Counted from the stretch's first letter, positions 38,796 through 50,071 are shown. The stretch: DNA of 64,000 nucleotides from Lachnospiraceae bacterium (GCA_041826605.1 JBHAJK010000029.1:2358-66357), one strand, 5' to 3'. Notes: generated by a model from the sequence alone, not told the origin. A program made the numbers and translations.

Positions 38796-39035
38796 ATGTT
38801 ACATCCATCATATTCAGACCTTATGAAAGTGGTAAATGCGGACGTAGAGCCGGGAGAAACAAAGGTAGTAAACAGTAGATATTCCATTGTTATGGCTACT
38901 GCAAAGAGAGCAAGACAGATTGTGGACGGAGATGAGCCCTTAGTTATTGAAAACGGAAGAAAGCCTTTATCTGTAGCTGTTGAGGAGCTTAACCAGAGTC
39001 AGATAAAAATTATGAGTGACGAGGACGAAGAATAA
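38796..39035 (+). CDS. rpoZ: RNA polymerase omega subunit
   Basis: SRYSIVMATAKRARQ and KPLSVAVEE; follows gmk. Confidence 0.95.
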   Translation: MLHPSYSDLMKVVNADVEPGETKVVNSRYSIVMATAKRARQIVDGDEPLVIENGRKPLSVAVEELNQSQIKIMSDEDEE

Positions 39036-39042
39036 TCATATT

Positions 39043-40368
39043 ATGAAAGTCTTTTTTATATCCCTTGGCTGTGATAAGAATACTGTGGATTCAGAAATGA
39101 TGCTGGGTATTCTAAATAAAGCAGGACATACAATAACTTATGATGAAAATGAGGCGGAGGCGGCGGTAATTAATTCCTGCGCCTTTATTGCTGATGCAAA
39201 ACAGGAAAGTATAAATACTATTTTGGAAATGGCTGCCCTGAAAAATACAGGAAGCTTAAAGGTAATAGCTGTTACAGGCTGCTTGAGCCAAAGATATAAG
39301 GAAGAGATTAGAAAAGAAATTCCGGAGGTTGATATACTTTTGGGAATACAATCCTTTGATAAATTGGCAGAAGCCCTGTCTGAGTGTGAGAATGGGAATA
39401 GTGTAACAGAGTATGCTTCTCTGGACACACCGCCAATATGCGGATATCCCAGGCTTTTGACTACACCCACCCATTATGCCTATATCAAAATAGCGGAGGG
39501 GTGTAATAAACATTGTACCTACTGTATCATCCCGGGACTTAGGGGAAAATATCGTTCAGTCAATATGGAAACTCTTGTAAGTGAGGCTAAGGATTTGGCT
39601 GACAGGGGAGTAAAGGAGCTTATTTTAGTAGCCCAGGAAACCACACTTTACGGTGTTGATTTGTATGGGGAAAAGAAGTTGCCGATCCTTATAAAAGAGT
39701 TTGCAAGGATAGACGGAATTGAGCGAATAAGACTATTATACTGTTATCCGGAAGAAATAACAGATGAATTAATAGCTGTATTTAAGGAAGAGCCTAAGCT
39801 TTGTCACTATATTGATATGCCTATACAGCATGGTTCTGATTACATTTTAAAGAGAATGGCAAGAAGAACCAATGAACAGGATATAAGGAATATTATAGGC
39901 AGGCTAAGAAGTGAAATTCCTGATATATGTATTCGTACCACATTGATTACAGGATTTCCGGGAGAAAGAATTAAGGACCAGCAGATTTTAAAGAGATTTG
40001 TGGAAGAACTAAAATTTGACAGACTGGGAGTATTTACATATTCAGCGGAAGAGGGAACACCTGCCGAGAAAATGCCTAATCAGATACCTGAGTGGCTGAA
40101 AGCCAGAAGAAGAGACACTATTATGAAGCTTCAGCAGAGGATTGTTTTTGCAAAGAATGAAGCCTTAGTGGGCAAGGAATTTGATGTAATGATAGAGGGC
40201 AGACTGCCGGAGGAGGATGTATATGTGAGTCGTTCATATATGGATGCTCCGGGAGTGGATGGATATATATTTGTTAAGTCCGACAGGGACTTAATGAGTG
40301 GAGATATATTAAAGGCATGTATTACTAAAGCACAGGGCTATGATTTGCTGGCGGAGGAGATTGAATGA
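39043..40368 (+). CDS. rimO: Ribosomal protein S12 methylthiotransferase
   Basis: SLGCDKN, EGCNKHCTYC radical-SAM motif, DAPGVDG TRAM domain. Confidence 0.93.
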   Translation: MKVFFISLGCDKNTVDSEMMLGILNKAGHTITYDENEAEAAVINSCAFIADAKQESINTILEMAALKNTGSLKVIAVTGCLSQRYKEEIRKEIPEVDILLGIQSFDKLAEALSECENGNSVTEYASLDTPPICGYPRLLTTPTHYAYIKIAEGCNKHCTYCIIPGLRGKYRSVNMETLVSEAKDLADRGVKELILVAQETTLYGVDLYGEKKLPILIKEFARIDGIERIRLLYCYPEEITDELIAVFKEEPKLCHYIDMPIQHGSDYILKRMARRTNEQDIRNIIGRLRSEIPDICIRTTLITGFPGERIKDQQILKRFVEELKFDRLGVFTYSAEEGTPAEKMPNQIPEWLKARRRDTIMKLQQRIVFAKNEALVGKEFDVMIEGRLPEEDVYVSRSYMDAPGVDGYIFVKSDRDLMSGDILKACITKAQGYDLLAEEIE

Positions 40369-40913
40369 ACTTACCTAATAGATTAACAATACTTAGAATG
40401 ATTTTAATACTTCCCTTTGTGGTAATCCTGCTTACAGGCTGCATGGGAGAGTATAGTAGTTTGGTTGCTCTTATTATCTTTATTGTTGCAAGTATTACAG
40501 ACTGGCTGGATGGATATATTGCAAGAAAGGATAATCTGATTACTAATTTCGGCAAATTTATGGACCCGTTGGCGGATAAAATGCTGGTTACTTCTGCAAT
40601 GATTTGTCTGCTTCATTTAAGGCCTGATATGTTGCCTGCGTGGGCGGTTATAATAATAATCGCAAGAGAATTTATTATAAGCGGTTTCAGATTGGTAGCT
40701 TCAGATGCAGGGATTGTTATTGCTGCAAGTATGTGGGGAAAATCAAAGACCGTATCTCAAATGATTATGGTAATAATAATGCTGGCAGATATAAAATGGA
40801 AATATATGCCTGTCATTATTGCCGGAATAATGTATATTGCAGTGATTTTAACAGTGATTTCCCTTGCTGATTATGTTTGGAAGAACAAAAAGGTATTATC
40901 TGATAATAAATAG
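40365..40913 (+). CDS. pgsA: CDP-diacylglycerol--glycerol-3-phosphate 3-phosphatidyltransferase
   Basis: TDWLDGYIAR...GKFMDPLADK CDP-alcohol phosphotransferase motif. Confidence 0.95.
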   Translation: MNLPNRLTILRMILILPFVVILLTGCMGEYSSLVALIIFIVASITDWLDGYIARKDNLITNFGKFMDPLADKMLVTSAMICLLHLRPDMLPAWAVIIIIAREFIISGFRLVASDAGIVIAASMWGKSKTVSQMIMVIIMLADIKWKYMPVIIAGIMYIAVILTVISLADYVWKNKKVLSDNK

Positions 40914-40962
40914 GGTTGGATTTTTGATTTAAAGTATTGAGACGGATTATGGAGAGCCGATT

Positions 40963-42234
40963 ATGATAGCAGAGATTATTTCGGTTGGAACGGAAATTTT
41001 GCTGGGGAATATTGTAAATACAAATGCAGCATATCTGGCAGAGGAATGTGCAGCCCTTGGTATAAGCTGTTTTAACCAGAGTGTGGTAGGGGACAACGAA
41101 GAAAGGCTGTCAGAGGCATTGAGACTTGCCCTCTCAAGAGCAGATATTGTTATTATGGGTGGAGGTCTTGGTCCCACACCTGATGATTTGACAAAGGAAG
41201 TGGCGGCACAGGTGGCAGGCGCAGCGCTTTTGATGCATGAGGAGTCGAAAAAAGCCATTGCCGAATATTTTAAGGGAATAGGCAAAGAGCCAACAGATAA
41301 TAACTGGAAGCAGGCACTGATGCCTGAGGGAGCAGTGGTACTTCCCAATAATAATGGCACAGCTCCGGGCTGTATAATTCCCTTGGATGGAAAAGGTATT
41401 ATTTTATTACCGGGACCTCCGGAAGAGCTGACCCTTATGTTTGAAGAGTCGGTAATTCCTTATCTTAGGGAGCACATACCCGGAACGATATATTCAAGAA
41501 CCGTTAAGCTCTGCGGAATAGGAGAGAGCAGGGTAGCAACAGAGATTGCTGATTTGATTGAAGCACAGACAAATCCTACTATAGCTACTTATGCAAAGAC
41601 TGGGGAAGTGCATATTCGAGTATCCGCAAAGGCTGATAGTGAGCAGGAAGCAAAAAAGCTTGCTAAGCCCATGGTAAAGGAACTAAAAGAAAGATTCGGA
41701 AATTATATATATACAACGGAAGAGGATGTGACCTTAGAAAAGGCAGTGGTGGATTTGCTGCTTGCCAATGAGCTTTCTGTTGGTACAGTGGAGTCATGTA
41801 CAGGTGGACTCTTGGCGGCAACACTTATTAATGTACCGGGAGTTTCAGAGGTATTTAAATTTGGTGCAGTTACATATTCCAATAAATCAAAGAAAAAGCT
41901 GGCGGGAGTAAAGAAATCTACTCTTTTGAAATATGGTGCCGTAAGTCCTAAGACTGCTGAGGAAATGGCAAAGGGACTGGGGCTTATGAATAAGGCTGAT
42001 GTGGCTGTTTCTACTACGGGTATTGCAGGTCCTGATGGAGGAAGTACAGAAAAGCCTGTGGGTCTTGTATATATAGGCTGCTATGTATGTGGGAAAACAA
42101 AGGTTAAAGAGTACCATTTTAAGGGAAACAGACAGAAAATAAGGGAAAATACGGTTAAAGCTGCATTAAATCTTATGCGTGAATGTATATTGGAATATTA
42201 CAGCGAAAAAACATTTGGAAAAAAGGGCGAATAA
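40963..42234 (+). CDS. cinA: Competence/damage-inducible protein A (MoCF domain + NMN deamidase)
   Basis: VGTEILLG, GGLGPT.DD.T, ESCTGG and TGIAGP motifs. Confidence 0.94.
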   Translation: MIAEIISVGTEILLGNIVNTNAAYLAEECAALGISCFNQSVVGDNEERLSEALRLALSRADIVIMGGGLGPTPDDLTKEVAAQVAGAALLMHEESKKAIAEYFKGIGKEPTDNNWKQALMPEGAVVLPNNNGTAPGCIIPLDGKGIILLPGPPEELTLMFEESVIPYLREHIPGTIYSRTVKLCGIGESRVATEIADLIEAQTNPTIATYAKTGEVHIRVSAKADSEQEAKKLAKPMVKELKERFGNYIYTTEEDVTLEKAVVDLLLANELSVGTVESCTGGLLAATLINVPGVSEVFKFGAVTYSNKSKKKLAGVKKSTLLKYGAVSPKTAEEMAKGLGLMNKADVAVSTTGIAGPDGGSTEKPVGLVYIGCYVCGKTKVKEYHFKGNRQKIRENTVKAALNLMRECILEYYSEKTFGKKGE

Positions 42235-42306
42235 TCGCCTTTTTTTCTTGCAATAAGGTAAAAGATATAGTATAGTAAACACACGCAATGCATTAAAGAA
42301 AAAGTG

Positions 42307-42355
42307 TTGACAAAAGCGAACATATGTTTTATTATAACAACAAGAACATTTGTTC
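42307..42355 (+). promoter_or_regulatory. recA promoter with two LexA (Cheo) boxes
   Basis: TTGACA-17-TATTAT; GAACATATGTTT (42318-29) and GAACATTTGTTC (42344-55). Confidence 0.88.
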
Positions 42356-42375
42356 TTGAATAAAGGAGATTTTAA

Positions 42376-43395
42376 ATGGAAAAAGATGAAAAGATAAAGG
42401 CACTGGATGCCGCCATATCCCAGATTGAAAAGCAGTACGGAAAGGGAGCAGTTATGAAGCTGGGAGATTCGGCTGCTACTATGAATGTAGAGGCTATCCC
42501 TACAGGCTCATTAAGCCTTGATTTGGCTTTAGGTATAGGCGGTATTCCAAAGGGACGTATTGTAGAAATATATGGTCCTGAGTCTTCCGGTAAGACTACA
42601 GTTACTTTACATATGATTGCAGAGGTACAAAAGAGAGGCGGTATTGCAGGATTTATAGATGCTGAGCATGCCCTTGACCCTGTTTATGCAAAAAATATTG
42701 GAGTTGATATAGACAATTTATATATTTCTCAGCCGGACTGTGGAGAGCAGGCTCTTGAGATTACTGAAACAATGGTTCGTTCAGGTGCTATTGATATTGT
42801 GGTAGTGGACTCTGTTGCAGCCCTTGTACCAAAGCAGGAAATTGACGGAGATATGGGAGATGCGGTTATGGGTGCACAGGCTCGTCTTATGAGTCAGGCT
42901 ATGCGTAAGCTTACTGCGGTTATAAGCAAGTCTAATTGTACCGTTATCTTTATTAATCAGCTTAGAGAAAAATTGGGAGTAATGTTCGGAAGTCCTGAGA
43001 CTACTACAGGTGGACGCGCCCTTAAATTCTATTCATCTGTTAGAATTGATGTGAGACGTGTGGAGTCCATTAAGCAGTCAGGAGAGGTAATTGGAAACAG
43101 AACAAAAGTAAAGATTGTTAAAAATAAAGTAGCTCCTCCATTTAAGGAAGCGGAGTTTGATATTATGTTTGGTAAGGGTATTTCTAAGGTAGGAGATATT
43201 TTGGATTTGGCGGCCGAACATGATATAATTGTAAAAAGTGGAGCCTGGTATGCTTATGATGGAAGTAAAATCGGACAGGGTAGGGAAAATGCAAAGCAAT
43301 ACCTTGTAGAGCATCCAGAGGTTTGTGATGAGGTGGAAAGCAAGGTAAGAGAACTTTTTGCACCCAGCGAGCCAGAAGCTGCTAAAGAGGAATAA
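42376..43395 (+). CDS. recA: Recombinase RecA
   Basis: [22 protein letters not shown] and GGRALKFY motifs. Confidence 0.98.
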   Translation: MEKDEKIKALDAAISQIEKQYGKGAVMKLGDSAATMNVEAIPTGSLSLDLALGIGGIPKGRIVEIYGPESSGKTTVTLHMIAEVQKRGGIAGFIDAEHALDPVYAKNIGVDIDNLYISQPDCGEQALEITETMVRSGAIDIVVVDSVAALVPKQEIDGDMGDAVMGAQARLMSQAMRKLTAVISKSNCTVIFINQLREKLGVMFGSPETTTGGRALKFYSSVRIDVRRVESIKQSGEVIGNRTKVKIVKNKVAPPFKEAEFDIMFGKGISKVGDILDLAAEHDIIVKSGAWYAYDGSKIGQGRENAKQYLVEHPEVCDEVESKVRELFAPSEPEAAKEE

Positions 43396-43466
43396 ACCTC
43401 TGTTAATAGTATAAGATTTTCCGGTGTTTTCAAGACTTACGCTGACAGGAGAGAAACCACCAGAAG

Positions 43467-43503
43467 CAATATGCCGCCAGCATTTCGGCGGCATATTGTA
43501 TTT
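43467..43503 (+). terminator. Hairpin downstream of recA
   Basis: CAATATGCCGCC...GGCGGCATATTG. Confidence 0.7.
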
Positions 43504-43547
43504 GCAGCATTTTATAATTATTCTTTGAACTGGAGAAACAGTACACT

Positions 43548-44150
43548 ATGATAGTGCAGGAAATTTCAATATTGCCAAATGGAAGAAGAAAAATATTGCT
43601 TGATAATGAAGAAAGCTTCGTACTATACAGAGGGGAGCTGTCAAAGCTTCATATTGCAGAAAACGAAGAACTATCAGAGTCAGATTATAATAAAATATTA
43701 CAGGAAATATTGCCAAAGAGAGCTAAGCTTAGAGGGTTAAATCTTTTAAAAAGCAGACCATATACAGAATATGAGCTTAGAAAAAAATATGAGGATGGGG
43801 GATATCCTTTTGATGCAATTGACGATGCAGTACAATATTTAAAAGGACTTCATCTTATTGATGACAGGGAATATTGCAGAATATATATGACCTACAAAAG
43901 TGCTTCAAAGAGCAGAAAGAGAATGTATAATGACTTACTTCAAAAGGGAGTAAGCAGGGAAGATATTGAGTTTGCTATGGAAGAGCTGGAATATCAGGGG
44001 GATATGCAGCCTGAAAAGGAGCTTATAGAAAAGCTTATAAGAAAAAGACATTATGATAGGGAAAATGCTTCTTTTGAGGACAGGCAGAAGATGATGGCTT
44101 ATTTGTATGGAAAAGGATTTTCGTCAGAGTTAATAAAGGAAATGACATAA
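43548..44150 (+). CDS. recX: Regulatory protein RecX
   Basis: R.YTE.EL..K...Y...IDD..Y, L..KG repeats; follows recA. Confidence 0.88.
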   Translation: MIVQEISILPNGRRKILLDNEESFVLYRGELSKLHIAENEELSESDYNKILQEILPKRAKLRGLNLLKSRPYTEYELRKKYEDGGYPFDAIDDAVQYLKGLHLIDDREYCRIYMTYKSASKSRKRMYNDLLQKGVSREDIEFAMEELEYQGDMQPEKELIEKLIRKRHYDRENASFEDRQKMMAYLYGKGFSSELIKEMT

Positions 44151-44305
44151 GAAATACTCATTGCGGTAAGCTAAAAGCGACAACTTGACATAATATGGCA
44201 GGGCGTGTAGAATAGAACTGTTGTAATTAAGTAAGCTAGGAGCTACTCTACATAGCTCTATAGTATATAGTACAATGAAAATTTTATAAGGAGGTGCTCC
44301 TGCAT

Positions 44306-45859
44306 ATGGATATAATATCTATAGTAGTTGGTGCAGTGGTAGCTCTGTGTGTGGGAATTCCTGCGTCAGTAATGTGTGCAAACAGTTATCAGAAGAAAAA
44401 GCTGAAATCAACTGTTGGTAGCGCAGAGGAACAGGCGAGAGGAATTATTGATGAGGCTTTAAAAACTGCTGAAGAAAAGAAACGTGAAGGATTACTTGAG
44501 GTAAAGGAAGAGTCAATAAAGGCTAAGAACGACCTGGACAAGGAAATCAAGGAAAGACGTGCGGAGATACAGCGTAATGAACGCCGCATTCAGCAGAAAG
44601 AAGAAAACATTGACCGCAAAACAGAGTCCATCGAAAAGAAAGAGGCAAGTCTTAATGCTAAGGAAGAGAACTTAAACAAGCAGAAAGAAGTAATTGCCAA
44701 GCTAAATGAGGAGCGTTTACAGGAACTTGAAAGAATCTCAGGTTTAACCTCCGACCAGGCTAAAGATTATCTACTGAAAATTGTTGAAGAAGAAGTAAAA
44801 CATGACACGGCTATAATGGTAAAAGAGCTTGAAAGCCGTGCAAAGGAAGAAGCTGATAAAAAGGCAAAGGAATATGTGGTAAATGCAATACAGAGATGTG
44901 CAGCAGATCATGTATCTGAGACTACAATATCGGTTGTAAATCTTCCAAATGATGAGATGAAAGGACGTATCATCGGTAGAGAGGGTAGAAATATCCGTAC
45001 CATTGAGACCCTGACAGGTGTTGATTTGATTATTGATGATACACCGGAAGCAGTTATCTTATCAGGATTTGATCCAATAAGAAGAGAAGTTGCAAGAATT
45101 GCATTAGAAAAACTTATTGTTGACGGACGTATTCATCCGGCAAGAATAGAAGAAATGGTTGAAAAGGCTCAAAAAGAAGTTGAGCAGATGATTAAAGAAG
45201 AGGGCGAGGCTGCTGTACTTGATGTAGGAGTGCATGGTATTCATCCGGAGCTTGTGAAGCTTTTAGGTAAGATGAAGTTTAGAACAAGTTATGGACAGAA
45301 TGCACTTAAACATTCTATAGAGGTGGCACAGCTTTCGGGCTTACTGGCTTCTGAGCTGGGACTTGATGTAAGAGCGGCTAAGAGAGCAGGACTTTTACAT
45401 GATATAGGAAAATCTGTTGACCATGAGATGGAGGGTTCACATATCCAGTTGGGTGTTGAGCTTTGCCGAAAGTATAAAGAGTCAGCGCTTGTTATTAATG
45501 CAGTAGAGTCACATCATGGAGATGTGGAGCCTACTTCACTTATTGCCTGTCTTGTACAGGCTGCAGATGCAATTTCTGCTGCCCGTCCGGGCGCAAGACG
45601 TGAGACACTTGAGACATATACAAGTCGTCTTCGTCAGCTAGAAGAAATTTCAAACAGTTTCAAGGGTGTAGATAAATCCTTTGCCATACAGGCCGGTAGA
45701 GAGGTTCGTGTAATGGTAGTTCCCGATCAGATTAATGATGCGGATATGGTATTGCTTGCTCGTGATATATCTAAACAGATAGAAGAGCAGATGGAATACC
45801 CAGGACAGATTAAAGTTAATGTTATACGCGAGTCACGAGTGACAGACTATGCTAAATAG
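44306..45859 (+). CDS. rny: Ribonuclease Y
   Basis: N-terminal TM, coiled coil, KH ([10 protein letters not shown]) and HD (LLHDIGK); promoter TTGACA(44185)-17-TAGAAT. Confidence 0.97.
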   Translation: MDIISIVVGAVVALCVGIPASVMCANSYQKKKLKSTVGSAEEQARGIIDEALKTAEEKKREGLLEVKEESIKAKNDLDKEIKERRAEIQRNERRIQQKEENIDRKTESIEKKEASLNAKEENLNKQKEVIAKLNEERLQELERISGLTSDQAKDYLLKIVEEEVKHDTAIMVKELESRAKEEADKKAKEYVVNAIQRCAADHVSETTISVVNLPNDEMKGRIIGREGRNIRTIETLTGVDLIIDDTPEAVILSGFDPIRREVARIALEKLIVDGRIHPARIEEMVEKAQKEVEQMIKEEGEAAVLDVGVHGIHPELVKLLGKMKFRTSYGQNALKHSIEVAQLSGLLASELGLDVRAAKRAGLLHDIGKSVDHEMEGSHIQLGVELCRKYKESALVINAVESHHGDVEPTSLIACLVQAADAISAARPGARRETLETYTSRLRQLEEISNSFKGVDKSFAIQAGREVRVMVVPDQINDADMVLLARDISKQIEEQMEYPGQIKVNVIRESRVTDYAK

Positions 45860-45967
45860 TTAAAGTAAAGATTTAAAATGGGATGAAATCGTAAAATATT
45901 GTTTTGCGCTTTATCCCATTTTGATTATGTGGAAAGTTTAAAAGAAAATTTATAAAGGAGGAAATCT

Positions 45968-46195
45968 ATGAAGATTACAAATTTAACAAATGTTGAAGGC
46001 TTTTTAAAGACTGTAAGCCAGTGCAAGGGTACAGTAGAGCTTGTTACAAAAGAGGGCGACAGACTTAATCTTAAGTCAGAGCTTACAAAATATGTAGCAC
46101 TTACAAGCTTCTTTAGCGACTCAAAGATTCCGGAGATGGAAATTATTATGTCAGAGCCGGAGGATGCTCTTAAAATCGTAAGCTTCTTGCAGTAA
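45968..46195 (+). CDS. Small HPr-fold-like protein (75 aa)
   Basis: F...V..CKG.V.L......LNLKS pattern resembling the HPr NAKS region; SD AAGGAGG. Confidence 0.6.
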   Translation: MKITNLTNVEGFLKTVSQCKGTVELVTKEGDRLNLKSELTKYVALTSFFSDSKIPEMEIIMSEPEDALKIVSFLQ

Positions 46196-46250
46196 TACAA
46201 GGGTATATTGTGAAAATATCCGGGAAAAAAGAAAGCTAATAATTTATGTA

Positions 46251-46286
46251 ATTTCATTATTTCATTATTTCATTATTTCATTATTT
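46251..46286. repeat. Perfect tandem repeat (ATTTCATT) x4
   Basis: Direct reading; just upstream of TTGCAT...TAGAAT promoter-like sequence. Confidence 0.8.
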
Positions 46287-46377
46287 TAAATATTCTATCT
46301 TGCATTAAATAAAAAAGTAAGGTAGAATATTTTTTGTTCGGAATAATTGTATACAATTATACAAAGAGGAGAGATAG

Positions 46378-47655
46378 ATGAAATCATACAAGTCAATGAC
46401 AAAAGAAGAACTTCAAAAGCTTTATGAACAGTTGGAGGCAGATTATATAGATGCAAAGGGCAAGGGATTGTCATTAAATATGGCAAGAGGTAAGCCGGCG
46501 GATGCTCAGCTTGATTTATCAATGGAGCTGTTGGATGTTTTTAATTCAAAGACAAATCCATTTGCAGAGGGGATTGATACAAGAAACTATGGGGAGCTTA
46601 CAGGACTTCCGGAGGCTAAGAAGTTAATTGCGGACATAATTGATACAACTGCCGATAAAGTAATTGTATTTGGCAATTCATCATTGGCTATTATGTATGA
46701 TACGGTTGCCCGTTCCTATGCATTTGGGGTAAATGGAAGTACTCCATGGTGCAAGCTGGATAAAGTGAAATTCTTATGTCCCTCTCCCGGATATGACAGA
46801 CATTTTGCTGTAACAGAGCAGTTTGGTATTGAGATGATAACAATTCCTATGGACGAGAACGGACCGGATATGGAACTGGTAAAATTCTATGTGGAAAATG
46901 ATGCTGCTGTTAAAGGAATCTGGTGTGTACCTAAATATTCAAATCCTACAGGAATTACATATTCAGATGAGGTTGTAAAGACATTTGCCACACTAAAGCC
47001 TGCGGCAGAAGATTTCCGTATATATTGGGATAATGCTTATGCTATTCACGATTTATATCCGGATGACAAGGATGAACTTCTGGATATTCTTAAGGAATGT
47101 GAAATAAATGGTAATGAAAATATGGTGTTTGAATTTGTGTCAACCTCCAAGATAAGCTTTGGTGGAGCCGGAATTGCGGCAATAGCTTCATCTAAGGAGA
47201 ATCTGGCCTGGGTTGAAAAGACCATGACAATTCAGACAATCGGATATGATAAGGTAAATCAGTATCGACATGTTCTTTATTTTAAAAATAAAGAGGGCGT
47301 AATGGCACATATGGAAAAGCATGCGGCGATGCTTCGTCCTAAATTTGAGGCGGTGCTTAATTGCTTTGAAAAAGAGCTTACAGGACTTGAAATTGCGGAA
47401 TGGACAAAGCCAAAGGGAGGATATTTTATATCCTTTATGGCGCCTACAGGATGTGCTAAGAAGATTGTGGCAAAATGTAAGGAAGCCGGTGTTGTATTGA
47501 CAGGTGCAGGAGCTACATATCCATATGGAATAGACCCAGATGATAGAAATATCAGAATTGCACCATCATATCCTACGCCTGAGCAGATGGAGCAGGCGGC
47601 AGAGATTTTTGTGCTCTGTGCAAAGCTTGTTTCTATAGAAAAATTGCTTGGCTAA
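46378..47655 (+). CDS. PLP-dependent aminotransferase (AspAT subgroup Ic-like)
   Basis: LNMARGKP, GYDRHF, WDNAY, STSKIS and DRNIRIAP motifs. Confidence 0.88.
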   Translation: MKSYKSMTKEELQKLYEQLEADYIDAKGKGLSLNMARGKPADAQLDLSMELLDVFNSKTNPFAEGIDTRNYGELTGLPEAKKLIADIIDTTADKVIVFGNSSLAIMYDTVARSYAFGVNGSTPWCKLDKVKFLCPSPGYDRHFAVTEQFGIEMITIPMDENGPDMELVKFYVENDAAVKGIWCVPKYSNPTGITYSDEVVKTFATLKPAAEDFRIYWDNAYAIHDLYPDDKDELLDILKECEINGNENMVFEFVSTSKISFGGAGIAAIASSKENLAWVEKTMTIQTIGYDKVNQYRHVLYFKNKEGVMAHMEKHAAMLRPKFEAVLNCFEKELTGLEIAEWTKPKGGYFISFMAPTGCAKKIVAKCKEAGVVLTGAGATYPYGIDPDDRNIRIAPSYPTPEQMEQAAEIFVLCAKLVSIEKLLG

Positions 47656-47927
47656 GTTGGTTAACCATAATGAAATATCATAAATTTGTTATGTAAATAG
47701 GTTAGATTAAATCTCTGTCTGTAAAAAGGCAGAGATTTTTTTGTATACGCAACGTACAACATCTGGTATAAACGCAAAATGAAGTTGCGATATCTTGTGG
47801 AAAATCAGCAAAAAGCCTGAAAAACAGGGATTTTTAGGAAAATTCTTCGTTGATTTTATGTCCACCTATTAGTATAATGGAAATCAGTCTTATGAATTTA
47901 ATAGGGCAAAGACAGGGGATAGCACTG

Positions 47928-48812
47928 ATGCAAAAAGATATTGATGCCTTTATTTCTTATTTACATAATGTTAAGAAGACCTCGGCAAATACAGAGCTTT
48001 CATATCAGCGTGATTTAAAAAAGTTGCGTATTTATTTTGATGGAAAAAATATAGAGGATGTGAAGCTTATTAATAAGAAGCATTTAGAAGATTATGTTCA
48101 GATGATGCTTGATGAAAATTTCAAACCTGCGACGGTTTCCAGAAATATAGCCTCTATTAAGGCATGGCTTCATTTTATGAAAAGTGAGGGTGTGATTAAA
48201 GAGGATGTTTCCGTGTCCTTAAAGGCGCCTAAAATCGAGAAGAAAGCGCCGGATATACTTACGCTATCTGAGATTAATAAATTATTGGAGCAGCCATCGG
48301 GAGACAGTCCTAAGGAAATAAGAGACAAGGCAATGCTGGAGCTTTTATATGCCACCGGTATCAGGGTATCGGAGCTTATTTCGTTAAAAATATCGGATAT
48401 TAATCTTTCAATGAATTATATAAGCTGTGGAAAGTCGCAAAAGGAGCGAATAATTCCATTCAGCAAGACTGCTCATGAGGCAGTAATTAAGTATCTGGAA
48501 AATGGACGGGAGCACCTGGCTGCGGGCAATAAAGGCGATAGCCTGTTTGTAAATTGCTCAGGGGAGACAATGAGCAGACAGGGCTTTTGGAAGCTTATTA
48601 AGTATTATACGAAAAAGGCCGGAATTGAGGCGGATATTACCCCACATACCTTAAGACATTCCTTTGCGGCACATTTGGTTGAGAATGGAGCGGATTTAAA
48701 GAGTGTGCAGGAAATGCTGGGACATTCGGATATATCCACTACCCAGATATATGTAAATATGAATCATAATCATCTTAGAGATGTCTATAGTAAGAGTCAT
48801 CCCAGAAAATAA
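47928..48812 (+). CDS. xerD: Tyrosine recombinase XerD
   Basis: RDKAMLELLYATGIRVSEL, SRQGFWK, TPHTLRHSFA.H and LGHSDISTTQIY motifs. Confidence 0.9.
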   Translation: MQKDIDAFISYLHNVKKTSANTELSYQRDLKKLRIYFDGKNIEDVKLINKKHLEDYVQMMLDENFKPATVSRNIASIKAWLHFMKSEGVIKEDVSVSLKAPKIEKKAPDILTLSEINKLLEQPSGDSPKEIRDKAMLELLYATGIRVSELISLKISDINLSMNYISCGKSQKERIIPFSKTAHEAVIKYLENGREHLAAGNKGDSLFVNCSGETMSRQGFWKLIKYYTKKAGIEADITPHTLRHSFAAHLVENGADLKSVQEMLGHSDISTTQIYVNMNHNHLRDVYSKSHPRK

Positions 48813-48817
48813 TATTT

Positions 48818-48860
48818 TCCCTTTAAGCAGGTAATGTTATCTGACTTAAAGGGATTTTTT
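48818..48860 (+). terminator. xerD terminator
   Basis: TCCCTTTAAG...CTTAAAGGGA plus T-run. Confidence 0.75.
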
Positions 48861-49051
48861 GTATAAAATGCTCCGTTAGTGATGCGAACGGAGCATAGTG
48901 TTCATTAATAAAATCTTAAGAGATTTATTTGCCTAATTTCATTGTTGATATACATAAATATGATAAACTCTTATTGGTACAGGAAGATTATGTATTTAGC
49001 ATTAGGAAATATAAAAATATGAAAGGAAATTCAGTTGCCATAGATGGATAA

Positions 49052-50071
49052 TTGAATTATATGAGAAATATGAAAATTAAATGGGATAAAAATACAATTA
49101 TGTTAGCCGAACTAATTGGAGGAATTGCAGTACTTTTAGTACTTATTGTTTTGGCAATAATGCTTATGATAAGAAATAACAGAAGAAATTTAATCCATGA
49201 TGATATTGTGATAGAAGTAGTGGATGGGTCGGAAAATGGAAATAATGAGCCGGGGCTTATATTAGGAGAAAATGAGACAGATAGTCCGGGAGATGTGACT
49301 GCTTCATCAGCTATTATAGACCTGACTAAAGAAAATGAAGCTACCTCTAAGGTGGAGCCTGCTGATATTTATATTTCCGGAAATATGAGGTCTTATACCA
49401 AGGATAATTATCAGCTACCGGAATTGTATGCTTATTGGGATGACTATAGGCTTGATGCGGTAAATGATTTAATCCGTTTGGAAAGAGTAAGAGAAATAAC
49501 AGACTCCCTGGGAAACAGCAGTGATTATTATTATCACGGAGAAACAAACAGTAAGGGATTGCCTGATGGAAGAGGGCTGGCTGTATATGCAAAAAACACA
49601 TATTATTTTGGAGAATGGAAAAATGGAAAGCGTTCAGGAGATGGAATGTGGCTTCAAATCTTTCTGTCAGATGAGGGGGTGGTAAATGGAGTAAAGGGTG
49701 TGACAGAACATCAGTATTCCGGCACCTGGTCAAATGATTTGCCCAATGGAGCAGGTCAGGAGCATATAGAATATGATTATAAACAGATAGAGGGAGCTTT
49801 TGTAATAAATAATGCTATCGGCGACTTTAAGGACGGCTATTATAATGGTAAAATGTATATAATGACAGTTGATAGTCTGGGTAAAACAACTGATTGGTAT
49901 GGTAATGCGAAAGCAGGAAGCTTTGAATATTTGAGTGAAAAAGTAACAGTTTTAGGCAAAAGGGCTATCTGGAAAGCAGGCGAGGGTTCTCATACAGAAG
50001 AAGAGGATGGCTGTCGATGGATAATGCCTGAAGATAATAATAATTTTGGTGTGGCAAGACTTAAAAAATAG
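49052..50071 (+). CDS. Membrane-anchored MORN-repeat protein
   Basis: N-terminal TM; YFGEWKNGKRSGDG and YSGTWSNDLPNGAG MORN-like repeats; start uncertain. Confidence 0.7.
   Translation: MNYMRNMKIKWDKNTIMLAELIGGIAVLLVLIVLAIMLMIRNNRRNLIHDDIVIEVVDGSENGNNEPGLILGENETDSPGDVTASSAIIDLTKENEATSKVEPADIYISGNMRSYTKDNYQLPELYAYWDDYRLDAVNDLIRLERVREITDSLGNSSDYYYHGETNSKGLPDGRGLAVYAKNTYYFGEWKNGKRSGDGMWLQIFLSDEGVVNGVKGVTEHQYSGTWSNDLPNGAGQEHIEYDYKQIEGAFVINNAIGDFKDGYYNGKMYIMTVDSLGKTTDWYGNAKAGSFEYLSEKVTVLGKRAIWKAGEGSHTEEEDGCRWIMPEDNNNFGVARLKK

Noticed and set aside
47928-48812. xerD as the integrase of a mobile element
   Set aside because: Typical housekeeping XerD motifs and length, with no adjacent mobility genes.
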